From Candidatus Thorarchaeota archaeon (GTDB lineage: Archaea > Asgardarchaeota > Thorarchaeia > Thorarchaeales > Thorarchaeaceae), in NCBI GenBank assembly GCA_019057475.1, contig DXJO01000010.1, positions 407,623 to 471,622 on the forward strand: a stretch of DNA of 64,000 nt, in the 5' to 3' direction. A program made the position numbers and the translations under genes. A model generated the notes under the pieces. That model saw nothing but the letters and a program-made list of their open reading frames with translations, made no database searches and had not been told where the DNA came from. This document shows, in pieces, positions 54,716-64,000 of the stretch. The first letter of the stretch is position 1. Each line of letters begins with the position of its first letter.

Positions 54716-57700
54716 CTACTCAACGGAACCACCCATATCCTCCAACAGGGTATCTATCTCAGCCTTGGTCAGAGTCTTTGCATTCTCAATTAGGAGGTCA
54801 AGCTGCTCTTCACTGAAGCCCATGGCTTCAAACTTTGCGCGTACTTCTTCGAGCTCAGCCTTGGTAACAGTCTTCCTTTTTGCTTTTTTCTCCCTTTTCT
54901 TCTCCGCGATATCTTCTGACCTGCGGGCTTTCTCCTGACGAATGACTTCCATTAGGAATCCCGGCCTTTCACTAGGCTTCATTCTCATAAGGTCGGCATT
55001 GAAGGCTGATATGTCCTCCTCAGTAAGACCTGTGATCTCTGCTAGTTCACTAAGCAATGCCTCAGTTTCAGGTACCACAAGCTCGATTGTTTCCATTGGA
55101 ATCTCATCAATTGGCTTGGATATGTTGACAGCGACTAGGCCGGTGTTGATAATCTCCTGAATTATCTCATCTCTGCCAGGAGCCTCTGGGGCTTCGGGTA
55201 TCTTGCCCTTGGACATCGTCTTGATCATGCCATTCAGGCGACGTATCACTTTCGGAATGCTGAAGACCTTAACATAGAGGAGGGCACCGATGAGAATGAG
55301 TATCACGCCCAAGCCTCCCCCGTAGGTTATCATTGTCATCAGCGGATCGACTACCACAGGAGAGGCGACTATGACAACAGTGATTTCCTGAGCATCATAG
55401 TTCGTTCCTTTCTGGGCACGTATCAAGATGCTGAACTGCTGGTCAACCGGCACGATGAATGATATGATATATTGACCGGGCGCATCACCATCAGCGACTG
55501 TCCAATCATTCTCATCGATAATCCCGCCCTCTTGTAGCACAGATATCGCGGCGTTTGATATGGGTATGTTGTGGTCCGTGTCCATGAAGACCACGGTTAT
55601 CTGAACTAGTTCCCCTATTGTGACACTAACGAATTCATTACCGCTAAGTGTTGTAAGCTCGGTGGCAATCTCGCGAACTATGACTGTTATCCGCACACTG
55701 GCAGTTTCGTGATTGGCCTTACTGAGGATGAATGTCACATAGTAGGTGTCAATTGCAACTGTTTCAGGTACTGTAAAGGAGTATTCACCATCTCCGACAT
55801 GAACGAGATTCGGATTTCCGAAGTCCCATACTGCCACAGCTGTGGCATCGCTGACCGTTCTGTTGTAAGATGTATCGTTATAGAGGACATGGATTGTCAG
55901 GGCGTCACCAACAGGAGTTGTGTAATACTCGTCAACAATGATTTCGGTAGCTATGGCGCGTACCTCTAGCGTTGATGATGCAGTTCTGAAGATGTAGTTG
56001 CTCTTCAAGGCGCTCACGTGGATATCGTACAGTCCAGGACCCACAAGGACGCTATCAAGGTCAACGCCATAGATTCCGTTTCCTATCTCCTCAAGGACAC
56101 CCGTTCCGCCCAACCATCTGTATTCAAGTGTGGCATTCTCAATTGGAAGCCCATAGTGTATATCGGTGTAGTTGAAGAAGAACGTGGCGGTAGACTCATA
56201 GACAACAGTCAGTGACGGATGCGTAAGTGCTAGGGTAGTGTCAATCCGGGCTGCCTCCACGAGGAGACCGAGTGTACAGGTTTCATATCCGGCTTTTGTG
56301 GCCACAACATAAAGGCTGAAAGTCCCAGCGTACAGCTGGGAGGTGTCGATCGTGCTGTTGTAGATTCCTGGTTGGTATTCGGTCAGAATACCTGTGTAGT
56401 TTGCATCACTAAACCTGAAATACAAGGAGGCATTAGTGACGGGTTCATTCAGGTTCGTGTTCGTGTAGTTGACGAGCAATGTCGCTATTTCACCGAAGGT
56501 CACTCGAAGAGTAAGCTCGCCCACTGGCGTTAGTTCGGTTTCAATTACACCCACATCAAGACTGAAGTAGATGCTGGCTTCGACGTGGTTCGTCTTGTTG
56601 GCTCTCACGTAGAGTGTGTATATGTTCACCAGAGCTCCCGTTGCATTAATCGTGGCTGTGTAGTATCCAGGTGTGCCATTTGTGACTAGCTGCCCGTTGC
56701 CGTAGTCCCAGAGGTATGACACGTTGGCATCACTCACGCCAAATCCGAATGCTGTCTCGTGGTAATACACGAGTAGGTCGATGCATTCTCCACTTACGAT
56801 GGAGTACGAATATAATCCATCAACACTCTCGAACACAGTCTGAAGAACAGATACTACAAGAGTGACCTGAACGATTCTGGTTTCGTAGTTTGTCTTGTTG
56901 GCTGTTATGATGATGATATAGGTTCCCACATCTACGAGTGCGGTGTCGATAAGAGCCACGTATGCCGTGCCGTTCGAAGAAAGATCAAATGATAAGCCGC
57001 CCAACGTCGCCTTGACTGTTGCGTCGGGCACTAGTCCACCAACATCTAGGTTGTCATAGTTTGCTGCAAGATCCACTTGATTGCTCCAGTTCACCAAGAT
57101 GATAGAGCTGTCAATATAGAGCTCCGTCCTGACCTGTATGAGGTCGATGTCTACATTAAGAGATGCTGGATCATGATTGCTTGCTACTGCGGAGATGTCA
57201 TACGTGTAGGTGCCGTAGCTCTCTTGCCATAGGAAGTAAATTATCTCATATGCTCCGTTACCCACCTCTATCCAGGAATATGTACCCGGCAGGGCAGTAG
57301 TGTATATTTCCGCACCCTCTACACCAGTCCCATGGTCCAAGTCTTCCAGCGTGACTGTGACGGTCACGTTACTCCCTGCAACGGTGGTGCTAGGGACGTC
57401 GGCAGATATTCCAGTTCGTATCAATCGAACCTCGAACTTGACACTAGCCACTCCTTGACTACAGCCATCCCTAGTAACGGTGAACGTTACGGTGTACTTG
57501 ATAAGATTGGTGACATTCTCCGTGTACAGAGTCACTCTGAAGCCTCCGTTCGTCACCCTTGTCCAAGCCCAACCGTAAGTCCAGTCAGTCTGGATGTTTC
57601 CATCTGTGATGTTGACCTGGTGGTCTGTATCATAGTAGGTGACCTCCAGAATCACAGCGTCCCCAACAGGCACTATCGGAGGATCTGGGGCGGTTGTAGT

Positions 57701-60700
57701 TGATACCATGCTAAGGAGCCTTATTGTGATCTGGACTGTTGCAATCTTGGTTAGATAGAATGTCTTGTTGAAGGTGAACTGCACGCTGAACGAACCAAGA
57801 GTAGTGATGCCTGTGGTTGAGAGTGTCACGTTGAACCTACCGTCGCCGAGGACTGCATAGGACCATTCATACAGCCAGTTGGAGTCAATGTCCGCTCCCA
57901 GGACATTGTTGTCGTGGTCAAGGTCGTAGAAAGATATCACAACGCTCACGTTATCCCCGATTGGCACAGTCCCTGGACTTGGTGCATCTGCGATGGTCTG
58001 CGTGTATATGTTTCGAATGACTGAGCGGACTAAGGTCCCAGTGATGTTTGGATAATACGGTATCTGATCATACGTCCAAGTCACATTGACTTCAAAGAAT
58101 ATCGACCCGGTGGTCCAGAATGGAGTGCTGTTTATCGAATAGACAAACCTACCCGGTTCTGGATTCTCGAGCCAGTACTGGAATGAACCCACAACCGTAT
58201 TGTTGAGTGGGACTATTGTGATGTGTATGTAACCAGAGCTATTTGAGATTCCGTTGCCTGTGCCACTGTCTTTGTACTCTACTATCAAGGTGATGTTGTC
58301 ACCGATCGGGACGTGAGGTGGTGGTGTGTAACTGAGGATTGCACCCGATCCCGTCACAGAAACAGTGAACTCAAGAGAACGGTTGGCGTAGTACGGCTTG
58401 CCACCTATCCAAGCGAAGGTTGCCTTGAATCCGAATTCGCCGGTTGTTCCCAAGCTCGTGGCGTTAATTACCACTCGGAACGTACCTGGAGAAACCTGTT
58501 CAACCCACCAATCAGTCGTTCCATTTAGTGCTACCGAAACGCCGCCGGTATCATTGTCCAGGCCGATATTGGCATCTAGGTCAACATAGTAGAACGTGAT
58601 GGTGGCATTCTGAGTGTAGCTTGTCTGAGCAATTGGTGCAGTCGTCAGTTGAGTGTTTCTGGTGCGAATGTTTGATCCAAACCAAATTGTCCGGTTTTCG
58701 TAATATATGGTCTTGCCCGAAACTGAAACGGTTAGATTGTAGTGCCCATAGACATCGAGTTTTGTCGTATTCACTATCAGACGGTAGGTGGCTCCTGAAA
58801 CATACTCCACCCAATAATAGGAGCTGTCTACAGAAGTGCTGTTGATGGTGTCAAGTGTGAAATGAGACTGAGCATCGGGAATCCCTACCAGTCCCGCATC
58901 CACATCATAGTACCTGAGAGTAATTGTGAGATTGTTTCCGAATGGGGTTTCTGTTGGTGGGTCGTAGGTTAGCATTGTTGCTCTCTTTCTTACTTGCACG
59001 GGAACATCCACAGTTCTGTTTTGATAGAACGGAACACCGGACCACTCCGCCCGTATCTCAATTGAGAACTCACCCAAGCCTAGTACTGTGCTATTGACAA
59101 GGATATCGTACACGCCATCGGACAATGCATCTATCCAGTAATCTGTGCCCTCAGTCAGGGTCGTGCCTGTGGTCAAGACAAAACTGGCACCAGCAATTCC
59201 GGTTGATGTGTCGATATCTTCGAATGTCAAGGTGATACTGACATTGTCCAGATATGGTGCAGCTCCTGAAACGTCGTAGGTGAGCTGTGTCAGTCGGTAC
59301 GAAACTCTGGCTGCGATGTTTCTTGATTTCTCCAAGAGCCACCAGTCAGCTGTGGAGTTGGTAATAATCTCCAGACTATAAGTATCGGGTGCTCCGAGCG
59401 CAACTGTGCTCACATTGATTGTGTAGATGCCATTCCCAGCATACTGATACCAGAAATCAACTCCAAGGTTCAGTTGTTCACCGGACTTCAGGAGGTAGAT
59501 CTGTGCCGAGTCAACTCCCACGGCGGGACTCGCGTCGACATCCAAGTAGGTGACGTTGAAGATCATGTAGTTCCCGTAGGGTACTGCTGAAATCGCTTCA
59601 TAATCTAGGCTTGTTGCACGACTTCCAACTACTCCGGTGATATTCCACAGAAGGATGGAATAATACGGTGCAGTGTACGAGTGGTTGAAGGCGATCTCCA
59701 GGATGTATTGACCTGTCTGACCGAAGATTGTTGTGTTGAACGTGACCATGTATTTCCCGTCGCTTCCACCAACATATGATATCACTGGTGTTTCAGCAAC
59801 GTTCGGAACCTTGAACACTGCGGAGATAAACGACTCGTTGTTGTTTATGTATTCCATTGAATGAGTGTCTTGCAGGTAGATGTGGAACGTGACATTGTCC
59901 AAGTACGGCGTGGCTGCAGGATACTCCATCTCAATATCGACCATTCTTAGATTGATATTCAGGGTCACTTTGATACTGGTCTGGTTCTCAAAGAATGGCT
60001 TACCAGACCATTCGATTGTGATGTTGATCTGAATGCGTCCAAGCAAGCCAGTGCTCCGGGTCACAATTTCAATCTCGTAGAATCCATCTACCGGGTCTGG
60101 ATTCACGTAGTAGGTCAGGCCATCAGATACCGAGATATTGAGCGAACTACCAGTTATCAGCAGGCTCGCATTATCAAGGTCAACGTACTGCAGACGAATG
60201 GTTGCATTCTCTCCGTAGGGTATCGAATCTGTCTGAATCTGAGGAATCGCAGTATCGCGCATCCTCACGACTATAGATACTAGCTTGTCGAGTTGGTCTT
60301 CGTAGTAGGGCGCTTGACTAGGATTAGTCCAATTGATACTTACTCTGAACTCATAGGTACGATAGTCATCCAAGTAGCTAGTGTTCAGTAGAAGGAAGAA
60401 GGTCGCGTATTCCCCGACGTCTTGACCTTGAACAACCATCAGAATCATCGGGTCTGATGTGTCCAGCAATGGCTGGGTTATGCACTGGACTGTTATCTCT
60501 ACATCTACACCGAGTTCGCAGTTGACAGGAGCGCCTGAGTCTAGATCGCCCCAGTAGAACGTTACATTGGCAAGGTTTCCAAAGGGCACCGGGTCACTCG
60601 GATCCCACGCAAACTCGGTTGATGTGCCGGTTATCTGGAAGCGAACGACTATTGTCTGATTCTGATAGTAGGGGATGCCGAAGTAGGTCATGTTAATGCG

Positions 60701-63700
60701 CACTGCCGTATACTCGAATGCCACAAACTGGTTCGCAGGCAGTTCTATCACGAATGAACCTGGCTCCGCACCGTCGGATACATAATAGGTGGTTTGGTTT
60801 GTTATTAGACTAAGCGCTGATGTTACGTTACTGATGCCGCTGTTCCCTAAGTCTGAGTCAGAGTAGTACACTGTGATTGTAACATTGTCTGTATAGCCGA
60901 CTGCCCCCACCGGGTCGTATGCTAGCAGAGTATGCCGTTCTCGGACATAGACTCTCACGTAGATAGTTGTATCTGCATAGTTTGCTAGAGCCCCTGAATT
61001 CTGAGTTACCAGCTCGACCCAGTAGTTGCCAATCTCTAGGAACGCGCTCGTGTTTATCCTGACCTCGTAGAGATTTCCTCCTATTGGGGTTATTGTCCAA
61101 TTCCCATTCAATGTAATATTGTTGATAGAGATAGATGCGCCGTCGATTGGAAGTCCAGTGTCAAGATCCATGTAGCGCAACAGGAACGTTGTATTCAGTC
61201 CAAATCCAGTCCGTGCCGCTGGTTCATGGAGCTGCAGCTCGGTGGAGTGCTTTCGTATTGATATTGTAAGCTTCACTACTCGGTATCCATAGTACGGGGG
61301 TGCGTAGTCATAGCTCACATTTAGGAAGATGACGTGAGTTCCAACGTCCAGAATGTTGGTAATGGCCACATAGTAGGTATCAGTCCCGGGTGTCCAAGTG
61401 CTAGTAAGACCGAGTAACTCCAGGTCTGTGGCATTCTGACTCGCTAGACCAATCTTGACGCCTCCGGTGGAGTTCGACACTAGTGCTGCTGTTTCACCGT
61501 CAGTGAGGTGCAGCGTAATTTCGATGTTCTGCAGCCAAGCTGTATTGCCTACAGGATCAGCAGTCGCTAGGATCGCTCGATAGAGCACACTGAATGTGAA
61601 CTGAGCGTCTGCATCGTTTCCATACCTAGAACCACCATAAGTCATGTGAGCGTTGACTGAGTAGGCACCTGGTTCAAGGAATGCCGTGGTATTCAGAACA
61701 ACTGTGTATGTCCCATCACCATTGTCAATTACTGTGTAGTTTCCAGCAATATTCAGCCCTGCACTTGTCAAGACAAGTGTTCCGGTGTCCATCCCAGCGC
61801 TACTGCCATCTATCAGATCAAGATATGTGAAGTCAATGGTGACATTGCTATTGAAGAATGTCGGCGTGGGAGCAGTGTATGTGAGTTGTGTTGGTCTGTA
61901 AGTCACCTCTAGCCTTACGAGCTTAGTCTGGTTTCGATAGAAGGGCGCGCCGCCCCACGAAACATTGAGGGAAAGGTTGACTGGGCCCGGTACGCCTATT
62001 GACGTGGTGTTGACAATGACAATCCAAGCCTTGCTTCCGCCGTCATAACTCAGCCAGTAGACCAGGCCAACGTTATCAAGTTGCACATGCAGCTGGCTCG
62101 AGTTCTCTATGATCGAGTTCGATGGTGAATCGGTGAATGTGAAGGTAAACGTAGCGTTCTCATCAAAGGCTGTGTTCACAGGCGGAACAACGTCCAGCAA
62201 CGTGGTCCTGACCAGGAGAGTGATTGTTAGGGCAAGAGTCCGATTCTCATAGTATGGATTGGCCGTGGCGTTCCAATCTAGGTAGGTGCGTATCACGAAC
62301 GAGCCACATGCCGTGAAGAGGGAGGAGTTGAGGAGAAACCGATAATGACCATTTCCCAGACTGGATATCTGGAAGTCTGAGGGGTCAATTGACTGACCTG
62401 CTGTTTCCACCTCGGCAGAAACCCAAACATTCCCTGTTGAGTTATCAATACCCGTTCCAGCATCTGTGTTCTCATAGTAGAGCGTGAAGTTGACCCAGTC
62501 GCCGTAGTATATCGCCGGGGGTGCAATATAGACTGACAGGTCTGTTTGTGTGCCACGCAGTTCCACAGAGAAGTTTCGAGTGAGATTGAGGTACTTGGGC
62601 ACCCCTGTCCAATTGAAGAATGCTGTAAACGAAACGTCATACAAGCCTCCAAACTGACCGGCAGGGATGAGGATTATGTAATGACCCACACCCAAGTCCA
62701 GATTGTTTTGCACTGTGAAGCTCGTAGAGCTTGTTATGCTATTGTTTACATCTACTATTATGCTACCCGTAGCGTTGGAGATTCCAGTGCTCATGCTGAC
62801 ATCTTCGTAGAACAGATGCACTTCGATGCTGGACCCTACGCCTGTTGGAAGCACCGGTTCATCAAACGAGAGGTAGGTGGAGTGTGTCTTGACTGTGATT
62901 ATTATCAATACGTATGCATCTTCGAAATTATCCTTGGTGAGATTGAACCTCAGCGAATAGCTACCCAGAGGAGTACTATCCAGTGTTTCAATCTCAACCT
63001 CATAGACGCCGCTGCCCAATTCGCTGTAAGAACAAATGAACGTTCCATTGTTGACTAACAGTGCTCCGGCTATCCCTTCATTGTGATCGATGTCAGTGAA
63101 CTCTATGGTAAATGTCACGTTAGTGCCGAGTGGGACGTCGAATCTGTAGCCAGATGCCACCGCTTCGGTTTCCGTCAGTCGTATCCTGAACCTCACAGTT
63201 GTGGTTGCATTCTCGTAATTACTTCTCACACATGTAACAGTCACCTGATGGTTGCCGATGACCAGAGAGGATGTCACCATTGACACTCGGTAGTAACCTT
63301 CGCTGATCCAAATGACTGTGAAACCGCCCTCAACAGGACCTGTGCCATTCAGGAAGATGCTGGATGCATTTACAAGTGCTCCAGCTGCGTCACGGTCTCT
63401 GAACTCAACATAGAACACCAAGTCGTCGAGGTATGGAACGGGGTCAGGTGAAGCTGAGTATGCCTCGGTATAGCGGGTCCTGACCTCTATGGTCACCGTG
63501 GTCGAACCGTCTGTGTAGTGCTTTGGTGGCTCGCTTGTGGTCACTTGAATTGTACTAACATAGAATCCAACAGCCAAGTCATCAGTATCTATTGCTAGTA
63601 TGAACTCTCCTGCTGAGTAGGTCCAATTCGCGGATGTGAATGTCTGCCCCCCAATGACAATCTTTGAGATATTGCCGGGCAGTACTATTAACGAACCATT

Positions 63701-64000
63701 ATTGACATCCAGGATTCGAATCGTAAGAGTCGTATTCTCCAACCATGGAGTTGCAGCAGGTCGAACTGCTTCCACGGCCATTGTGTGGCTGACAATCGGA
63801 ATTGCGACATTACCAGCAGCATTGCGATAGAACTTCTCGACTGCTGAGCTGGTAGTGACAGTGACAGGGTATGTGTTTGAACCGATGACCCATGTGGATG
63901 TATCCACTGTGCAGGTGAAGGATCCAGCGGAATACGTCCAGCTGCTGGCAGTGAATGTCTGTCCAGCAATAACTATCTGCGTAACATTGTCCTGGCTCAC
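54716..64000 (-). CDS. Giant (>3094 aa, 5'-partial) cell-surface glycoprotein with many ~100-120-aa Ig-like repeats, C-terminal TM and helical cytoplasmic domain
   Basis: Frame is open to the window edge. Recurring P.P[YF]G.N.T....Y.D.D...GI...G.Y.....T..L..G.Y...YY.N.T pattern, many NxS/T sequons, and TM YGGGLGVILILIGALLYV. Confidence 0.9.
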   Translation of the reverse strand: MSQDNVTQIVIAGQTFTASSWTYSAGSFTCTVDTSTWVIGSNTYPVTVTTSSAVEKFYRNAAGNVAIPIVSHTMAVEAVRPAATPWLENTTLTIRILDVNNGSLIVLPGNISKIVIGGQTFTSANWTYSAGEFILAIDTDDLAVGFYVSTIQVTTSEPPKHYTDGSTTVTIEVRTRYTEAYSASPDPVPYLDDLVFYVEFRDRDAAGALVNASSIFLNGTGPVEGGFTVIWISEGYYRVSMVTSSLVIGNHQVTVTCVRSNYENATTTVRFRIRLTETEAVASGYRFDVPLGTNVTFTIEFTDIDHNEGIAGALLVNNGTFICSYSELGSGVYEVEIETLDSTPLGSYSLRFNLTKDNFEDAYVLIIITVKTHSTYLSFDEPVLPTGVGSSIEVHLFYEDVSMSTGISNATGSIIVDVNNSITSSTSFTVQNNLDLGVGHYIILIPAGQFGGLYDVSFTAFFNWTGVPKYLNLTRNFSVELRGTQTDLSVYIAPPAIYYGDWVNFTLYYENTDAGTGIDNSTGNVWVSAEVETAGQSIDPSDFQISSLGNGHYRFLLNSSLFTACGSFVIRTYLDWNATANPYYENRTLALTITLLVRTTLLDVVPPVNTAFDENATFTFTFTDSPSNSIIENSSQLHVQLDNVGLVYWLSYDGGSKAWIVIVNTTSIGVPGPVNLSLNVSWGGAPFYRNQTKLVRLEVTYRPTQLTYTAPTPTFFNSNVTIDFTYLDLIDGSSAGMDTGTLVLTSAGLNIAGNYTVIDNGDGTYTVVLNTTAFLEPGAYSVNAHMTYGGSRYGNDADAQFTFSVLYRAILATADPVGNTAWLQNIEITLHLTDGETAALVSNSTGGVKIGLASQNATDLELLGLTSTWTPGTDTYYVAITNILDVGTHVIFLNVSYDYAPPYYGYRVVKLTISIRKHSTELQLHEPAARTGFGLNTTFLLRYMDLDTGLPIDGASISINNITLNGNWTITPIGGNLYEVRINTSAFLEIGNYWVELVTQNSGALANYADTTIYVRVYVRERHTLLAYDPVGAVGYTDNVTITVYYSDSDLGNSGISNVTSALSLITNQTTYYVSDGAEPGSFVIELPANQFVAFEYTAVRINMTYFGIPYYQNQTIVVRFQITGTSTEFAWDPSDPVPFGNLANVTFYWGDLDSGAPVNCELGVDVEITVQCITQPLLDTSDPMILMVVQGQDVGEYATFFLLLNTSYLDDYRTYEFRVSINWTNPSQAPYYEDQLDKLVSIVVRMRDTAIPQIQTDSIPYGENATIRLQYVDLDNASLLITGSSLNISVSDGLTYYVNPDPVDGFYEIEIVTRSTGLLGRIQINITIEWSGKPFFENQTSIKVTLNINLRMVDIEMEYPAATPYLDNVTFHIYLQDTHSMEYINNNESFISAVFKVPNVAETPVISYVGGSDGKYMVTFNTTIFGQTGQYILEIAFNHSYTAPYYSILLWNITGVVGSRATSLDYEAISAVPYGNYMIFNVTYLDVDASPAVGVDSAQIYLLKSGEQLNLGVDFWYQYAGNGIYTINVSTVALGAPDTYSLEIITNSTADWWLLEKSRNIAARVSYRLTQLTYDVSGAAPYLDNVSITLTFEDIDTSTGIAGASFVLTTGTTLTEGTDYWIDALSDGVYDILVNSTVLGLGEFSIEIRAEWSGVPFYQNRTVDVPVQVRKRATMLTYDPPTETPFGNNLTITLRYYDVDAGLVGIPDAQSHFTLDTINSTSVDSSYYWVEYVSGATYRLIVNTTKLDVYGHYNLTVSVSGKTIYYENRTIWFGSNIRTRNTQLTTAPIAQTSYTQNATITFYYVDLDANIGLDNDTGGVSVALNGTTDWWVEQVSPGTFRVVINATSLGTTGEFGFKATFAWIGGKPYYANRSLEFTVSVTGSGAILSYTPPPHVPIGDNITLIVEYKDSGTGNGISNSSGYIHITIVPLNNTVVGSFQYWLENPEPGRFVYSINSTPFWTTGSIFFEVNVTWTYDQIPYYPNITGTLVRSVIRNIYTQTIADAPSPGTVPIGDNVSVVISFYDLDHDNNVLGADIDSNWLYEWSYAVLGDGRFNVTLSTTGITTLGSFSVQFTFNKTFYLTKIATVQITIRLLSMVSTTTAPDPPIVPVGDAVILEVTYYDTDHQVNITDGNIQTDWTYGWAWTRVTNGGFRVTLYTENVTNLIKYTVTFTVTRDGCSQGVASVKFEVRLIRTGISADVPSTTVAGSNVTVTVTLEDLDHGTGVEGAEIYTTALPGTYSWIEVGNGAYEIIYFLWQESYGTYTYDISAVASNHDPASLNVDIDLIQVRTELYIDSSIILVNWSNQVDLAANYDNLDVGGLVPDATVKATLGGLSFDLSSNGTAYVALIDTALVDVGTYIIIITANKTNYETRIVQVTLVVSVLQTVFESVDGLYSYSIVSGECIDLLVYYHETAFGFGVSDANVSYLWDYGNGQLVTNGTPGYYTATINATGALVNIYTLYVRANKTNHVEASIYFSLDVGVIETELTPVGELTLRVTFGEIATLLVNYTNTNLNEPVTNASLYFRFSDANYTGILTEYQPGIYNSTIDTSQLYAGTFSLYVVATKAGYETCTLGLLVEAARIDTTLALTHPSLTVVYESTATFFFNYTDIHYGLPIENATLEYRWLGGTGVLEEIGNGIYGVDLDSVLVGPGLYDIHVSALKSNYIFRTASSTLEVRAIATEIIVDEYYTTPVGDALTIHVLYNDTSYNRTVSDATAVAVWDFGNPNLVHVGDGEYSFTVPETVAIDTYYVTFILSKANHETASVRITVIVREIATELTTLSGNEFVSVTIGELVQITVVFMDTDHNIPISNAAISVLQEGGIIDENDWTVADGDAPGQYIISFIVPVDQQFSILIRAQKGTNYDAQEITVVIVASPVVVDPLMTMITYGGGLGVILILIGALLYVKVFSIPKVIRRLNGMIKTMSKGKIPEAPEAPGRDEIIQEIINTGLVAVNISKPIDEIPMETIELVVPETEALLSELAEITGLTEEDISAFNADLMRMKPSERPGFLMEVIRQEKARRSEDIAEKKREKKAKRKTVTKAELEEVRAKFEAMGFSEEQLDLLIENAKTLTKAEIDTLLEDMGGSVE

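Overview
Archaeal chromosomal segment, most likely from Thorarchaeia (Asgard). The assignment is inferred from gene content: LRR and longin-like proteins, orphan family-5 binding proteins, giant Ig-repeat surface proteins, archaeal thiolase/DUF35 and LeuCD-type genes. Left to right: threonine aldolase (partial), MFS, Ntn-hydrolase-like protein, biotin ligase, RNase HIII-type nuclease, two circularly permuted peptide-binding proteins and an LRR-wHTH-Zn-ribbon protein. Next is a biotin-dependent carboxyltransferase operon (12S/5S/1.3S-like) with a Cys-less thiolase, separated from its DUF35 and acyl-CoA dehydrogenase genes by an 11-kb giant repeat surface-protein gene. Then come a frameshifted longin-like gene, a leuBCD-like operon, FAH hydrolase, GH36 alpha-galactosidase, TPR proteins, PHP phosphatase and MFS. 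A decayed ~4-kb mobile region holds two integrase C-terminal fragments around a coiled-coil transglutaminase-like gene. The right part has a subtilase with eukaryotic site-1-protease-like architecture, a P-type ATPase with non-canonical ion-site residues, panB, glnA with a structured ~104-nt leader RNA facing an Lrp regulator, and a second giant surface protein (>3000 aa, partial). No rRNA, tRNA or CRISPR array was seen. All family assignments come from motif recognition by eye, not from database searches.
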